A DNA stretch of 64,000 nucleotides from Mobula hypostoma (lineage: Eukaryota), in the NCBI RefSeq assembly GCF_963921235.1, contig NC_086097.1, positions 182,406,001 through 182,470,000 on the forward strand, in the 5' to 3' direction. Shown here in pieces: positions 12,026-23,105 of the stretch (the stretch's first letter is position 1; every line of letters begins with the position of its first letter). The translations under genes were made by a program, and so were the position numbers. The notes beneath the pieces are model-generated. The model saw only the letters and a program-made list of their open reading frames with translations. It was not told where the DNA came from and made no database searches.

Positions 12026-13384
12026 ACTGTCAAGACACTTTTTAGAGTGTGTCTGGAGAGCTTTGTCTGGGGAATCCTTGTCGACATGCTAAACCTTATC
12101 AGACACCTAAGGAAGTCCTTTCACTGAGGTGCTACCTTGATCACCGCATTAGTATACAGGAACCAGATGAAGCTGATGGTGATACTGATGCCTACAACAT
12201 CAAATATCAATCATTTCTAAAGTTTTCTTACATATATGAATCAGGGTCACAGTACACATTTGGTAAGGGAGGTTCATGTCTGATATGCAATCCACCTTTT
12301 AAAGGTGATAACAAGGAGAGTCAATGAGGGCAGCTGTAGATGTTTTCTACACAGACTTTAGCAGGGCTCCTGATGAAATCCCATGTGGCAGACTGGTCAA
12401 CAAAGTAAAACCCATGGGCCCAGGGGAGGGGCATTAGATGCAAACCTGACTAAGAGGCAGAAGGTGGCGGGTGATGGTTGACAAGAGCTTTGGGGCTGGA
12501 AGACCGTTTCCCAGTGGGGTCCCAGGGTCCAGATAAACATCCCTCTCTATGACGGGTAGACAACAGGGTAAAGAAACTCAGAAATAATACAGAAAGTGGT
12601 GGTGGTAGCCAGTGAGGAGGGAGACAAACTGCACGAAGATGGGGAGAGTGATGGAGTTGGGCAGGACAATGACAAATGGAGTTCAGTTAGGAGCAACGTA
12701 GGTTGATGGAACAGGGTGAGAGAACAGACTGTTAATGGCAGGTACTGAGTGGTCTGTACATCCACACATCCTTAAAGGGAGTAGAACAGGTCAGTAAGGT
12801 GGTTAACCAACCCCACTAGAGGCTTTCCTTCATTAGCCCAGGCTGAATGCAGTGAGAGCGTGCTGGAACTGTGCTGACCACAGCTGGAGCAGTGGGGGAA
12901 GTTCTGGTCTCCACATTAGAGAGATGTGATGGCACCAAAGACAGTGCAGAGGGAATTCATAAGGATTTTTCAGGACTGGGGTAGCTCTAGGCAGGCCAGT
13001 GTTTATTGTTTGTCTCTCATTGTTTCTGAGAAGATGAGGGTGAGCCGCCTTCATAACCCACTGCAGTCCTTCTGATGAAGGTGCTCTCATGGTGCTGGTG
13101 GGAAGGGTTTCCAGGGCTTAGACCCAGTGATCACTGGAGAGTAGCAGTCTGCTGTTTGGCTGTTGGGAACGTGAATGATGATTGTAGATGAGATGGAGCT
13201 GTTCCCCTGAGCATAGGGTCAATGACCAGAGCTGGGGGTTGGAGGGCAAATGAGGAGATCCTCACTAAGAGGCAAAGATACCTGACACATTGACTTCAGA
13301 CCTGGGAGTGTCCTTGAGGAGCCCTGACCCACAGAGACAGGGATCTGTCAGGGGAGGGGAGGTGAAGTTTATGTTTTTTATCTA

Positions 13385-13620
13385 TTTAGTGATAGAGTAA
13401 GCCCTTTGAGCCACGCTGCCCCAGCAACCCCGGTGAATCATGGGACAATTCACAATCACAATTAAATTACTGTACCTGGTATATCTTTGAACTGTGGGTG
13501 GAAACCAGAGGCCCCAGAGAAAGCCCACACATTCCACAGAGAGAACGTACAGAGACTCCTTACAGAATGATGCTGGAATGATGCCCCAAGCTGAAATAGC
13601 GGCATGTTAAATGCCAGGTA
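13385..13620 (-). mobile_element. probable V-SINE/HE1-like SINE fragment
   Basis: gtgggtggaaaccagaggccccagagaaagcccacac core on the plus strand, resembling the V-domain in reverse; recalled similarity only. Confidence 0.5.
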
Positions 13621-13690
13621 CCGAGGATTGTGCTGCATGACTACTCTCTGGCTGCAGGGATACGATGGGCGGTCGCTGTGGTTTTTTTGG

Positions 13691-14900
13691 AAACACAAGG
13701 AATTCTGCAGATGCTGTAAATCCAAAGCAACACAATTTGGAGGAACTCAGTAGATCAGGCAGCATCTATGGAAATGAATAAACAGTCTACGTTTTGGGCC
13801 AAGATCCTCCTCCAGGACTGGAAAGGAAAGGGGAAAATGTCAGAATAAAATGGTGGGGGAAGGGAAGAGGGGATAGCTAGGAGGTGATGGGCTGGAGAGG
13901 AAGCAGTCTGATAGGAAAGGATATTGGACCATGGGAGAAAGGGAAGGAGATAGGTCACTGGGGGAGGTAATAGGCAGGTGAGAAGAGATGAGGTCACACT
14001 GAGGAAAAGCAGCAGAGGGAAGGGGGAGGGAAATTTTTTTTACCAGAAGGAGAAATTAATTTTCTTGTCATCAGGTTGGAGACTGCCCAGACAGAATATG
14101 AGCTGTTGCACGCACTCTCCACTTTACACAGGGATCACTCCCTCTGTGATTCCCTTGTCTGTTTGTCTATCCCTACTAATCTGCACTTATATCTGCAAGA
14201 GGCCAAAGTGCTATACCTGGCTCACCTCCATTCAGGTTCTCAAACAGTTCTTCCAGGTGAGGCAACAGTTTACCTATGAATCTGCTGGGGTCATCTACTG
14301 TAACAGGGGATCCCGATGTGGCCTCCTCTACACTGGTGAGCCCATTGTAAACTGGGGCACCGCTTTCTTGAGCACCCCCACTCCACCCGTCAGAAGTGGA
14401 TTTTCCCGGTGGCCAACCACTTTAATTCCTACTCCCATTCCAGAATGTTGTCCACGGCCTCTTGTGCCCCAATGAGGCCACTCTCAGGGTGGAGAAGCAA
14501 CACCTCATATTCTGTCCTGGTAGCCTACAATTTGATGGCATGAACATCCATTTCTTCTTCCAGTATTTTTTTCACTCCTCCTTCCCTCTTCTTCTATTCT
14601 CCAGTCTGGCCTCTTACCTCTTCTCACCTGCCAATCACCTTCCCCTTCCTCCTTCCCTTTCTCCCATGGTCCACTCTCCTCTCCCATCAGATTCCTTCCT
14701 CCCCAGCCCTTGATCTTTCTCATCCACCTGGTTTCACCCATCACCTTCTAGCTATCCTGCTTCCCCTCCCCCCACCTTTTCACTCTGACACCTTGCCCCT
14801 TCTCTTCCAGTCCTGAGGAAAGGTCTTGGTCTGAAACGTTGATTTTTTTATTCATCTCCATAGATGCTGCTGAGTTCCTCGGGTATTTTGCGGGTGCTTC
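13691..14900. mobile_element. older Penelope-like element with inverted arm (13691-14105, minus) and sense GIY-YIG/3' part (14110-14900, plus)
   Basis: FTYESAGVIYCNRGSRCGLLYTGE; hammerhead-like agtcCTGAGGAaaggtcttggtctGAAACGTTgatt at 14809-14844 and an inverted degenerate copy at ~13783-13820. Confidence 0.85.
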
Positions 14901-15557
14901 GGGATGTGAACCTGCTTCCGGAGGCTGAAACGGATGGCGACTGGTGGGAGTCGGGTATCCTCTCCTTGGCGGCCTCACTGCTAGGGTGGGGTGTAGAGGG
15001 TGGAGGCAGGAGGGCTGACATCACAGACCTGTCTGGAGAGACCAGCGTTCCTGGTGTGTGTGTGTGTGTTACAAAAACTCTTCTGTCATATTCCCACTAA
15101 ACAAGTGGCATTAAACAGTCTGAAGTACAGTAAATCACAGAGCAGATCTGGTCCACAAACTCCGTAAACTGCCAGCCTTCCATCAGCAAGTGTCCCTCAG
15201 ACTGTAGCCACTAGACGCAGATGTCTTGCACAGGAGATGGGAGCTCTCTCATTGGATGAAAGTCTCTCCGGAGGAGGCTGCAGACTTGGGCCCTGGAGCC
15301 GATCCAGATGATGAAGGAGCTGGGGATGGAGGCAGGGTCACTCTGGGGCCCAGCGCCCAACCCACCTTCGGATGGTGGGGGGAGGGACAGGCAGAAGGAG
15401 CTCTGGATCTCCCATCAGTTTCAGCATTTGCACTTGCACTTCCACTACCCCCACCTTACTCCCCACACTTTCAAACTCATTCAGCCCCACCCCCCAACCC
15501 CCAGTCAGGTCTTCCCCTCCCCCACCCTTCAGTGAACTATCATCCATCATCCCAGCC

Positions 15558-15866
15558 GTTAAAGGCATCCGTTAGTCTTGCGAGACCATGGATCTGCGCC
15601 TGGAAAGTCTTCACCCTCCAGGGCACAGGCCTAGGCAAGGTTGTATGGAAGACCAGCAGTTGCCCATGCTGCAAGTCTCCCCTCTCCACGACACCAATGT
15701 TGTCCAAGGGAAGGGCATTAGGACCCATACAGCTTGGCACCAGTGTTGTCGCAGAGCAATGTGTGATTAAGTGCCTTGCTCAAGGACACAACGCGTCATT
15801 GGGGCTCGAACTCACGACCTTCAGGTCACTAGTCCAATGCCTTAACCACTTGGCCACGTGCCCACA
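15558..15866 (-). mobile_element. tRNA-derived SINE with 10-bp TSD CATCCCAGCC
   Basis: minus-strand head gggcacgTGGCCAAGTGGttaagg...GTTCGAGCCcc (A and B boxes); TSD at 15548-15557 and 15867-15876. Confidence 0.88.
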
Positions 15867-16577
15867 CATCCCAGCCACCCCCCAGGATTAGACCCATTCC
15901 CCACCTGGCCAGACGCCGCTCCCAGGATTAGACAGCATACCCAGAGCAGAGGATCTGCTCAGTCGCAGGACAATGTAGCTCCATCTCGCCCCGTTCCCGA
16001 CCCACCCCTCTATAGCCACACCTCCTTTAGTGACTCACCCTCCCCCCCTTGCTGGACCCATCCCCTCACCGATTGCAACCCCACTTCACTGACCGCTGGG
16101 TGTGGAGCACATCCACTATCAGGGAGAGTTCACTGACAAGGCATCCTCCCCTCATATTCCTGACCCCTCCACCACTCCTGCCCTTCTCCCCTCTTCAACC
16201 CTTTCTTCTCCTTCGATCCCTCCCTTTCTCCTCCGACCCTATTATCCCCTCCTCCTTCTCTCCAGTCCCTCTTCCTCAAGTCCTCATCCTTCTCCCTGCA
16301 CCCCTCCACATTCTCCACCTTTTCTTTCTCCTCCCCCGACCCTCTCTGCCCCTCCCCCAATTCACACCCTCTTCCATTCACTGACTACACTGAACTCACT
16401 CGACAGCGGACTCCCGTGAGGCTGTGATCGGGGCCGGTCCCGGGGGACGGGTGGGGGGTGGGGGTGGTTCTGTGTTCCGATGGGAGGAGCCAATGTCCAG
16501 TGGGCGGAGTCAGTGCTGATCGGGTGTGGCCCTAGCTTGACGGTGTACCTGCCGGGTGCGCGGACCTGTTGCCACCC

Positions 16578-16763
16578 CTACATCAGGAAACCGTGGATCT
16601 CCAGCAGCAGGAAGTTTTTGAGGGCGGAGGGCAGCGGCAGCGCGGGCACGGCGCTCGCGCACGAGCCTCGGCAGTGAGCGCGGATGACGCACCGAGACAG
16701 GTGCTGCAGGGAGCGCGGAGTGCGCAGCACCGAGTCCAGCAAGCTGTAGAACTCGGCGTGTTC
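16578..16763 (-). CDS. ASB10: ASB10-like last coding exon, SOCS box (EHAEFYSLLDSVLRTPRSLQHLSRCVIR...LPLPSALKNFLLLEIHGFLM*)
   Basis: acceptor cccgcag|GAA; BC-box PRSLQHLSRC and Cul5-box LPLP; TAG at 16578-16580. Confidence 0.93.
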   Translation of the reverse strand, partial: EHAEFYSLLDSVLRTPRSLQHLSRCVIRAHCRGSCASAVPALPLPSALKNFLLLEIHGFLM

Positions 16764-17419
16764 CTGCGGGTCGGGTGTGGGAGAGAGAGAGAGAGAGAGA
16801 TGGAGACAGATCATCAATCACATACACCGCACCCTATTCTCACCTCCCCACCCCACCTTCACCTTAACCCCTGACCTTTCCCCTAGCCCTCAGCCTAACC
16901 CTTCAGCCCCCCAGCCCCGTACAAGTTTTATTTCAAGCCACACCTGGGGTGAGACATAGCTGGAACTCTGTGAACAGGTTGGCCTTCCACTAATGGACAG
17001 GTACGTTATTGACAGGCAGCGCAGACGGGGTTGATGGGGAGATTCTGGGATGGACGGTGGTTTCGTGGGGATGGGCTGTGTGAGGTGAGAACCCAATGGC
17101 TAGTATCCGGAATGAACGGTGACCCGACTGCATCATAAGGTTGTTCGGGATTGGGAGGGCTGGACACTGTGGGTGCATCCCACACCCACAACTCTGCACC
17201 AGATGGGGAAGAGTTCGAGCAGAGGGCACCGTGTCTTTGAACTTCCTGCATCTGAAGGCTGGATTTTTATTGCTAAGGAAACCTAGGGCTTCAGGCAGAG
17301 GCAAATGGCCTGCTAGGTCCTGTCTCTTTTCATCCAGGGGTCTCACTCTTCTGGAATCTCTGTGACCCAGTTCCTGCCACTGAGTGAATCAGATGAAATG
17401 CTCTGTGTCCCTTTCCAGC

Positions 17420-18715
17420 TCCTCTCTCCATATCCCACAGTCTCCTGCGACCCTCTCTCCATATCCCACTGTGACTCTCTCTCCATATCCCACAGTCTCC
17501 TGCGACCCTCTCTCCATATTCCACTGTGATTCTCTCTCCATATCCCACAGTCTCCTGCGACCCTCTCTCCATATCCCACTGTGACTCTCTCTCCATATCC
17601 CACAGTCTCCTGCGACTCTCTCTCCATATCCCACAGTCTCCTGTGACTCTCTCTCCATATCCCAGTCTCCTGCGACCCTCTCTCCATATCCGACAGCCTC
17701 CTGTGACCCTCTCTCCATATCCCACAGCCTCCTGTTACCTCCCTCCATATCCCACTGTGACCCCCCTCTCTCCATATCCCACACTCCTGTGACCCCCCTC
17801 CATATCCCAGTCTTCTGTCACCCCCTCCCCTCTCTCCATATCCCACAGTCTCCTGTGACCCCCCCTTCATATCCCAGTCTCCTGTGACCCCCCCTCCATA
17901 TCCCAGACTCCTGTGACCCTCTCTCCAAATTCCACAGTCTCCTGTGACCCCCCTCCATATCCCAGACTCCTGTGACCCTCTCTCCATATCCCACAGTCTC
18001 CTGTGACCCCCCCGTCCACACCCCAGTCTCCTGTGACCCTCTCTCCATATCCCACAGCCTCCTGTGACCCCCCTCTCCATATCCCACAGACTCCTGTGAC
18101 CCTCTCTCCAAATTCCAGTCTCCTGTGACCCTCTCTCCATATCCCACAGTCTCCTGTGACCCCCCCTCCATATCCCACAGTCTCCTGTGACCCCCCCGTC
18201 CATATCCCAGTCTCCTGTGACCCTCTCTCCAAATTCCACAGTCTCCTGTGACCCTCTCTCCATATCCCACAGTCTCCTGTGACCCCCCCCATATCCCACA
18301 GACTCCTGTGACCCTCTCTCCAAATTCCACAGTCTCCTGTGACCCTCCCTCTCTCCATATCCCACAGACTCCTGTGATCCTCTCTCCATATCCCACAGTC
18401 TCCTGTGACCCCCCTCGTCCATACCCCAGTCTCCTGTGACCCTCTCTCCATATCCCACAGCCTCCTGTGACCCCCCTCTCCATATCCCACAGACTCCTGT
18501 GACCCTCTCTCCAAATTCGTCTCCTGTGACCCTCTCTCCATATCCCACAGTCTCCTGTGACCCCCCTCCATATCCCACACTCCTGTGACCCCCCCGTCCA
18601 TATCCCAGTCTCCTGTGACCCTCTCTCCAAATTCCACAGTCTCCTGTGACCCTCTCTCCATATCCCACAGTCTCCTGTGACCCTCTCTCCATATCCCACA
18701 GACTGCTGTGACTCC
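17420..18715. repeat. minisatellite, ~29-33 bp units (ctctctccatatcccacagtctcctgtgacc), ~1.3 kb, in ASB10 intron 4
   Basis: direct tandem repetition with length and point variants. Confidence 0.95.
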
Positions 18716-18752
18716 CTGCCACAACAACCTGCTCCCTGCTGATAGACCATAC

Positions 18753-18866
18753 CCGCAGAACTTCCAGTGGGATTGCCTTCAGCCATTCGTCTGTCACCTT
18801 GAGGTGGTCGTAGACATTGAGCAGAACCTCAATCGTTGCCGGAGACTTGGAACAGTATTTCAACAC
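18753..18866 (-). CDS. ASB10: ASB10-like exon 4 (VLKYCSKSPATIEVLLNVYDHLKVTDEWLKAIPLEVLR)
   Basis: acceptor gcgcag|GTG, donor CGG|gtatgg; 114 nt, phase 0 to 0. Confidence 0.92.
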
Positions 18867-19498
18867 CTGCGCCAAGAGAGAGGGTGAGAGGGGCAGGGGG
18901 AGAGAATGAGGGTGGGAAAAGGAGCGTGGCAGTGGAAGGAGAGGAGAGGGAAGGAGCAGGGTGGGAGATAAGATAGTGGAGGGGATTGTAGATACGGGGA
19001 AGGAGAGAGGGAGGGAGAAAAAGGTAGGAAAAGGTTAGTCAGAGGATGGACACCAGACAGCAGAGCCTGCACTTGCTCTTATTGGGTCATGCAGTGCCGG
19101 TGGAGAGAACTGTATAGTCAACATTTGGGTCTGTGTGTTGTTCCAGATTTGCGTCTCCATGCACAAGCTTTTTTTTCGGTTATTTAATTATCCCTGTATG
19201 GGGGCAGTGTACCATCCTCAGTGGGCATTGACCTGAGTGGCTTGCAAGGCTACTTCGGGAGGGTATGCAAGTCCATTGTGTTGGTGTGTCTGGAATCAAC
19301 AACAGCCCAGAGTTGGGAGTCGTGGAGCAGATGGATGGTGTGGTTACTGAGGCAGTTTCCTATGTGTCATTCCCTCCCAGGCTTGTATTAATCATGGTCA
19401 TCAACTCAAGAGGTCAATGCCTTGGCCATTTAGGACTGAACCCAGAAAGAATTTCTGCTCCTTGGGCTGTGGAGACAGAATCACTGGGTGATGTCATG

Positions 19499-19636
19499 AA
19501 CACAGGAGATTCTGCCAATGCTGGAAATCCAGAGAAATAAACCCAAAATGCTGGAGGAACCAGCAGGCCAGGCTGCATCTATGGAGATGAATGAAGAGTC
19601 AATGTTTTTAGGGCCAAGAGCCTTCATCAGGACTGG
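19499..19636 (-). mobile_element. short Penelope-like tail beginning at a degenerate hammerhead
   Basis: reverse complement ccagtcCTGATGAaggctcttggccctaaaaacattgact plus family tail ending ccagcattggcagaatctcctgtgtt. Confidence 0.7.
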
Positions 19637-20127
19637 TGAAAAGGATGTTCAGGAGAATGTTGATGGACCTGGAGGGATTGAGTTATAGGGAGGGTCTGGA
19701 CAGGCTGATCTGTTTTCCCTGGAGCGAAGGAGGCTGAGCGGTGGCCTAACACAGGTTTATAAAATTATGAGGGTATAAATAAGATTCTAGAGATGAGTCT
19801 GGAACTGGAGATCAGTTTTAAAGTGAGAGGGGAAAAGTTCAAAGGAGCCAAGGGGCAGGTTTTTAACACAGCGGATGGTGGGTGTCTGGAATGAGCTGCC
19901 AGAGGAAGTGGAATAAGCAGGTACAATTACAATGTTCAGAAGACATTTGGACATAGACAAGGATGGGAAAGGTTCAGGGAGATATGGGTCAAGTGTAAAC
20001 GACCAGCACTGGCTGGCATGGATGAGCTGGACCAAAAGGCCTCTTTCTGTATAACTCAAAGACTGTAACTGAGAGGTGCTGGTCACACCCATTGCAACAG
20101 ACACTCACACGGCAAGCTGTACCTCAC

Positions 20128-20632
20128 CTTGGGAAAAGCACCTGGCCAGATGCGGATGGATCCGTAGTTCAGGAGGGACCGCACTATGCGCTCGGGCTCA
20201 TGATCCAGCTTGTAGCTGACAGCTTGCAGGGCTTTGTGAAGTGGGGCATTGCCACCGTAATCCATGCGGTTGACATCAATGCCCTTGGCGAGGAGCAGGT
20301 CCACGATCCTGTGGTTGGCTGTGTAACAGGCTAGGTGTAGAGCAGACTGCTGCTCCTCGTCCAGAGCTGTCACACTGGCTCCACTCTCCACCAGCTTTCT
20401 GCACACCCGGTAATACCTCTCAGTGTCTGCGTGGCTGTGGGGCTGACCACACACGCAGTGTAAGGCAGTTTGACCACACTTATTTAACCGGTTAATCGAG
20501 GCTCCGTAGTTGAGGTACAAGTTGACGTGCTCCTCCAGGCCAAACCTGGAAGCAATGTGCAGTGCAGTGTCATCCTTTTCCTCGGTCCGACTGTTAACGT
20601 GGCCACCAAGTTCCAGTAAGTATTGCGCACAT
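20128..20632 (-). CDS. ASB10: ASB10-like exon 3, ankyrin repeats (CAQYLLELGGHVNSRTEEKDDTALH...MDYGGNAPLH...LLNYGSIRIWPGAFPK)
   Basis: acceptor ttgacag|A, donor AAG|gtgagg; 505 nt, phase 2 to 0; overlaps ORF 20083..20520. Confidence 0.93.
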
Positions 20633-20938
20633 CTGTCAAGAACACCTGCAGTTATTCCATCCTAGACAATTACTGCCCACCAGACAACACACTCTACCAA
20701 TTACTGTTCACCAAACAATGAACTCAGCAAATCACTGCTCACCAAACAGCACACTCAACCAATCACCGCTCAACAAAATATAAACTCAATGAGTCACTGC
20801 TCATCGTTGAGTCGTACAGCACGGAAACAGGCTCTTTGGCCCACCTGATCAATACTAATCAAGATTCCCATCTAAGCTAGCCCCATTTGCCCCTGTTTGG
20901 CTTATAGCCCTCTAAACATTTCCTATCTTTGCCTTTTG

Positions 20939-21176
20939 CCTCCTCATGGTCTGTTACCTTGTTGTGGTGAGAGGCTTGTGTATCTCAGTGAGGCTATGGG
21001 CTATACCATGTGGAGCTACTCAAGATGGACAGGTCATGGCTGAGAGGTCAGACTCAATATGGTCCACTGGAGAAGGAAGTAGCAACCCACCCCAGTAATT
21101 TGCCAAGAAAACCTTATGGAAAAGTCCATGAGGTCATGAAGAGTCTGACTTGACTTAACAATTGAACAACAATAAG
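20939..21176 (+). mobile_element. non-autonomous RTE/BovB-derived (Bov-A-like) element; possible 8-bp TSD TGCCTTTT
   Basis: caagatggacaggtcatggctgagagg...ggtccactggagaaggaagtagcaacccaccccagta fused to agtccatgaggtcatgaagagtctgacttgact and (caa)n; TSD at 20930-20937 and 21177-21184. Confidence 0.7.
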
Positions 21177-21461
21177 TGCCTTTTCAAAGTTGTTATTGTA
21201 CCTGCCTCAACAACTTTCTCTGGTAGATAATTGCACATATGCACCACTCATCATGTTAGAAAAAATTGGCCCTCAAATTCCTATTAAATATCTCCCCTCT
21301 CACCCTAAACCTATGCCCTTTAATTCTTGATTCCTCAATCCTGGGGAAAAGACAATTTTAAACATTTCTATAAGATCACTTCTCAGTCTCCTACACTCCA
21401 AGGAATAAAGTTCTAGCTTTTCCAGCCTCTTCCTATAACTCATACACTCAAATGTGGAAAA

Positions 21462-23105
21462 CCACTGGAAAATGATGCTAGTGAGGTAGTAACAGGGGAC
21501 AAAGAAATGACAGATGAACTTAATGGGTACTTTGCATCTGTCTTCACTGTGTAAGACACGAGGAGTGTGCTAGAGGTCCGTAAGTATCAGGGAGCAGGAG
21601 TGAGCACCTTTGCTATTACAAAGGTAAAGGTGCTGGGCAAACTTAAAGGTCTTAAGATGGATAAGTCACCTGGATCAGATGGACTACATCCCAGAGTCCT
21701 GAAAGAGGTTGCTGAAGAGATAATGAATGCATTGGTCATGATCTTTCAAGAATCACTTGATTCTGTCATAGTCCCAGAGGACTGGAAGATTGCAAATGTC
21801 ACTCCACTCTTTAAGAAAGGAGGAAGGCAAAAGAAAGGAAATTATGGGCCAGTTAGCCTAACCTCAGTGGTTGGGAAAGTTTTGGAGTCTATTATTAAGG
21901 CTGAGGTTTCAGGCTACTTGGAGACTAAAGATAAAATAAGTCAAAGTCAGCATGGTTTCTGGGAAGGGAAATCTTGCTTGACAAATCTGTTAGAGTTCTT
22001 TGAGGAAGTTACAAGCAGGGTGGACAAAGGAGATGCAGTGGATGGCATTTACTTTGATTTTCATTTGCTTAGGTGCCACACGTAAGGCTGCTTAACAAGA
22101 TAAAATCCTATGGTCTTAGAGGAAATATACTGGCATGGATAGTAGAATGGCTGACAAGCAGGAGGCAGTGAGTGGGAATAAACGGAACCTTTTCGAGTTG
22201 GCTGCCAATGATTAGTGGTGTTCCTCAGTGTCAGAATTGGGACCGCTACTTTTCATATTGTTTGTTAATGATTTGGATAATGGAATTGATTACTTTGTGG
22301 CGAGTTTGTGGATGATACAAAGAAAGGTGGAAGGTTAGGTAGTGCTGAGGAAGTAATGCGATTGCAGCAGGACTTAGACAAACTGGAAGAATGGACAAAA
22401 AAGTGGGAGATGAAATACAATGTTAGGAAATGTACGATAATGCATTTTGGTAAAAAGAACAATAGTGTGGACTACTATCTAAATGGGAAGAAGATTCAAA
22501 CAGAGGTGCAGAGGAACTTAGGAGTCCTTGTGTAAGTCTCCCAGAAGGTTAATTTACAGGTTGAGTCTGTGGTAAAGAAGGCAAATGCAATGTTGGCATT
22601 TATTTCAAGGGGAATAGAATATAAATGCAATCTTGAGGATGATTCCAGGAATGAGTGGTTATATGGGGAGCACTTGGCAGCTTTGAGCCTGTAGTCACTG
22701 GAAATCAGAAGAATGCATGGGGGTCTCATTGAAACCTACTGAATGTTGAAAGGACTAGATAGGGTGGATGTGGAGAGGATGTTTCCTTTGGTGGGGATAT
22801 CCAGAACTAGAGGGCACAGCCTCAAAATTGAGGGGCAACCCTTTAGAACAGAGGTCAAGGGGAATTTTTTTAGCCAGAGTGAAGTGAATGTATGGAATGC
22901 TGTGCCACAGACTGTGGTGGAGGCCAAGTCTGTGGGTATATTTAAGGTAGAAGTTGATCATTTCCTGATTGGTCAGGGCATCAGAGGATATGGCGAGAAG
23001 GCAGGTGTATGGGGTTGAGTGTGATTCGGGATCAGCCGAGGGACTGGTGAAGCAGATTCAATGGGCTGAATGGCCCAATTCTGCTCCTGTATCTTATGGT
23101 CTGAT
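21462..23105 (+). mobile_element. CR1 LINE RT to 3' UTR
   Basis: ORF 21567..22085 KSPGSDGLHPRVLKE...WKIANVTPLFKKG...QHGFWEGKSCLTNLLEFFEEV; tail at ~23070-23100. Confidence 0.93.

Noticed and set aside
1..15000. GBX1 expected downstream of ASB10 by synteny
   Set aside because: No homeodomain or GBX-like coding sequence was found; the region is almost all TE-derived.
15790..15866. tRNA gene
   Set aside because: A and B boxes are present, but the sequence continues into a SINE body flanked by TSDs and lacks a complete acceptor stem.
17818..18786. 322-aa and 286-aa repetitive ORFs as independent genes
   Set aside because: All minus-strand frames are open because the minisatellite unit has no stop codons; there is no independent gene structure.
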